64,000 nt of DNA from an uncultured Planctomycetota bacterium (lineage in GTDB: Bacteria > Planctomycetota > Planctomycetia > Pirellulales > Lacipirellulaceae): positions 159,135-223,134 of the forward strand of contig CAVRBU010000005.1 in assembly GCA_963719315.1 (NCBI GenBank), written 5' to 3'. Below are positions 61,876 through 64,000 of this stretch, one piece after another. The position numbers were made by a program, and so were the translations under genes. Numbering within the stretch: position 1 is the stretch's first letter; each line of letters starts with the position of its first letter. The notes under the pieces are model-generated. The model was not told where the DNA came from, ran no database searches, and saw only the letters and a list, made by a program, of their open reading frames with translations.

Positions 61876-62645
61876 CTACTTGCCCTTGGTGGTTCGCTTT
61901 TGTTTCATCGACTCCCGGAAGCGGTAGCTTTCACCGTTCATCTCAAAGATTTCGCAGTGGTGCGTCAGCCGGTCCAAGAGAGCAGCTGTCATCCGTTCTC
62001 CCTGAAACACCTGCTGCCATTCGCTGAACGGCAAGTTGCTGGTGATCAACAGGCTGGATCGCTCGTAGCGATCGGCGAATACCTGGAACAGCAGTTCCGC
62101 TCCGCTGCGATTGAACGAGAGATAACCGAGCTCGTCGCAGACAAGCAGATCGAGCTTGTCGAGCTGCTTCAACAATCGCTCGAGCTGGTACTGCTTCTGC
62201 GTCTCTTCCAAGCGATTGACCAGTGTGGCAGCGGTAAAGAAGCGGACTCGCTTGCCCAGTCGGCAGGCGGCCAGGCCCAAGGCGATGGCCAGATGCGTTT
62301 TTCCAGTTCCCGAACTACCCAACAGGCAGCAGTTCTGACGCTGATCAATCCAGCCGCAGCGGGCCAGTTCCAGGATCTTGGGCTTCGAGAGGCCGGGCAC
62401 GCGCATAAAGTCGAATGCCTCGAGGTCCTTCTGCACCGGGAAGCCAGCCTGTTTAATGCGCCCCTGCAGAGCATTGGCACTGCGTGTGGCTAACTCCAAC
62501 TCCGTCAGTCGCAACAGATAGTCGAGGTAGTCCTGGTTGCTGTTGGTCGCTTCCCCGGCGAGCTTGCCATACTCGGCCAGCATCGTCGGCAGGCGTAGCG
62601 CTTGAGGTTCGAACGCAGTAACAGGGGCGTTTCTTTCTGGGCCAT
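61876..62645 (-). CDS. istB: IS21 helper ATPase IstB (apparent frameshift near 62600)
   Basis: LRLPTM, GSSGTGKTHLA, LLVCDELGY, ITSNLPFSEW, LLDRLTHH, GESYR. Confidence 0.9.
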
Positions 62646-64000
62646 GATCTTCTCCTCCGTGAGAGAGTAACGAGTCAAAGCGGCGCAAGTCCGGCAGCGG
62701 GACTTGCACCGCAGGAATCGATCGCAGCTGCCCGATTAGGTTCGCTTCGCCGCGGGTGGAGCGCAGCGCCAGTCGCTCGCAGAGCCCAGCAATCCGCTCG
62801 GCCGTGACGACGCCGTCGCCGCGGCAGGCCTGGATGGCCTGCTCAACCCGAGTCAGCGGGTGCTCTGCCAACAGCTGCGGCACGCGGATGAATTGCCGGC
62901 GCCCGGCAACGATCCGTGGCGTGTTTCAAAATGTTCGCGCAACTGGGTAAACGCCGCCGGCAGACGCCAATTGCGGTAAACGTCAGTGTGATCCAAATAG
63001 GCTGGCTTCACTCCCAGAGTGGACAGGTAGTGCAGCGGATCGAGCACTTGCTCGCCCTGTCCGTAGGAGCGCTCGTGCCGGGCAATCCGCTGGCCGTCGC
63101 GGATGACTTCGATGCGATCGATAGTGGCTTTTACCGTGACCGTGGCGAACGCATGCCGCCGCGGCACGCTGTAGCGATTCTTCTCCCAGGCGACCGTCTG
63201 GTACTTGTCGACTTGACGGACCTCGCTCACGGCGGCTTCAAACGGGCGCTCGGGCAGCGGCAAGGCGCGTAATCTGCTCTGTCGCGAAGCTTGCGCCGAT
63301 CGTTTCGCTGTGGCCCGCAATCGTCCGCCGAGCATCCCGCTCGCAGCATTGAAGCAGGTAGGCATTTAGCTCTGTCAGATCCTTCACTTGAGGGACCGGC
63401 GTCGCCCACTGGCGATCCAACAGCTTCACCCGGTTCTCGACGTGCGGCTTTTCGTTACCGCGAGCCGGCAGGCAGAACAACGGCTCGAAGTTGTAGTGAC
63501 TCGCCACGCCTGCCAGCGCTGGTTCAACTCCCGTTGGCGGCCACGCAGAATCGTGGTCGCAACGGTTCTTGGATTATCCCACCACAGTTCTTTGGGCACG
63601 CAACGAAAAAACGCAAACGCCGCCACCGTGCCATGCAGGATCGCCTCGGTCTTTTCGCTCGGCACGCAATCATAAAGGTGGCGTTCGAGTAGGCCCACGT
63701 CACCAGCAGGATCGGAACCTGGCCTGCCTTCCGGGAAGTCGACCCAGATCTGACCGAAGTCGCTCTGGCCCGTTGGCCTGGCTCGTACGACAAAGGGAGA
63801 AACGTTTCGCCTGCCGTCCCGCGTCGCGGCCACGTACCTTCGCACCTGGTCGTAGCTGCCGACGTACTGCTCTTCGTCCCGCAGCCGCCGAAAGAGTTGC
63901 GCTCCTGTGTGACGTTGCTTGCGGGGCCTGCTCATCTTCGACGAGAATCGCGCCGATCCATTGCTGGTGCACATCGGTCAGCACCCGCCGCGGTCGCGGT
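62646..64000 (-). pseudogene. istA: IS21 transposase IstA, several frameshifts, 5' end outside the window
   Basis: Q.DFG, P..LWWDN, FC.PARGNEKPHVE, NRYSVP, HERSY motifs spread over several frames. Confidence 0.85.

Larger units (their letters stand above)
61684..64000 (-). mobile_element. IS21-family element (istA-istB), other end outside the window
   Basis: End TGGAGATCGGCATTGAAATGGGACCCACC with internal repeat GGCGTTGAATCTGGGCCCACC; istA and istB motifs. Confidence 0.88.

Noticed and set aside
61876..62883. 335-aa IstA-IstB fusion ORF
   Set aside because: Produced by a missing base near 62600; istB has its own SD (GGAGGAG) and ATG at 62645

Overview
High-GC bacterial chromosome segment, very likely a planctomycete (Pirellulales-like). 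This is inferred from the BBP7-type beta-barrel, dockerin-like/PEP-CTERM proteins, WD40 Ser/Thr kinase, extended sigma-70 and Uma2 genes. Bases 1-9.6 kb hold the core tRNA(Thr-Tyr-Gly-Thr)-tuf-tRNA(Trp)-secE-nusG-rplKAJL-rpoB operon on the minus strand, with palindromic heptamer-repeat hairpins in several spacers. Bases 10130-13909 are a precisely bounded IS1-like transposon (17-bp perfect TIRs, 8-bp TSD) carrying a HigB/HigA-IrrE-like module and small basic proteins, inserted into a membrane-protein gene; a 121-bp MITE with related ends sits at 18817-18937. The middle of the window is housekeeping and envelope genes (sigma-70, kinase, glgC, P1B ATPase, GT4, hpt, kdsD-kdsC plus a giant Lpt-like protein, carB). 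carB carries three repeat-derived insertions and is followed by a Uma2/membrane-protein array. Bases 49.4-64 kb are an IS-rich accessory region: ISAzo13 remnant, multiheme cytochrome c plus malic enzyme cluster, an IS3 interrupted by a group II intron next to its catalytic Asp codon, a broken DUF262-HEPN pair and an IS21. The IS3 and IS21 share a near-identical, covarying 38-nt hairpin just inside their downstream ends. Many genes show single-base frameshifts, probably sequencing or assembly indels, so pseudogene calls are tentative. All family assignments come from motif recognition, not database searches.
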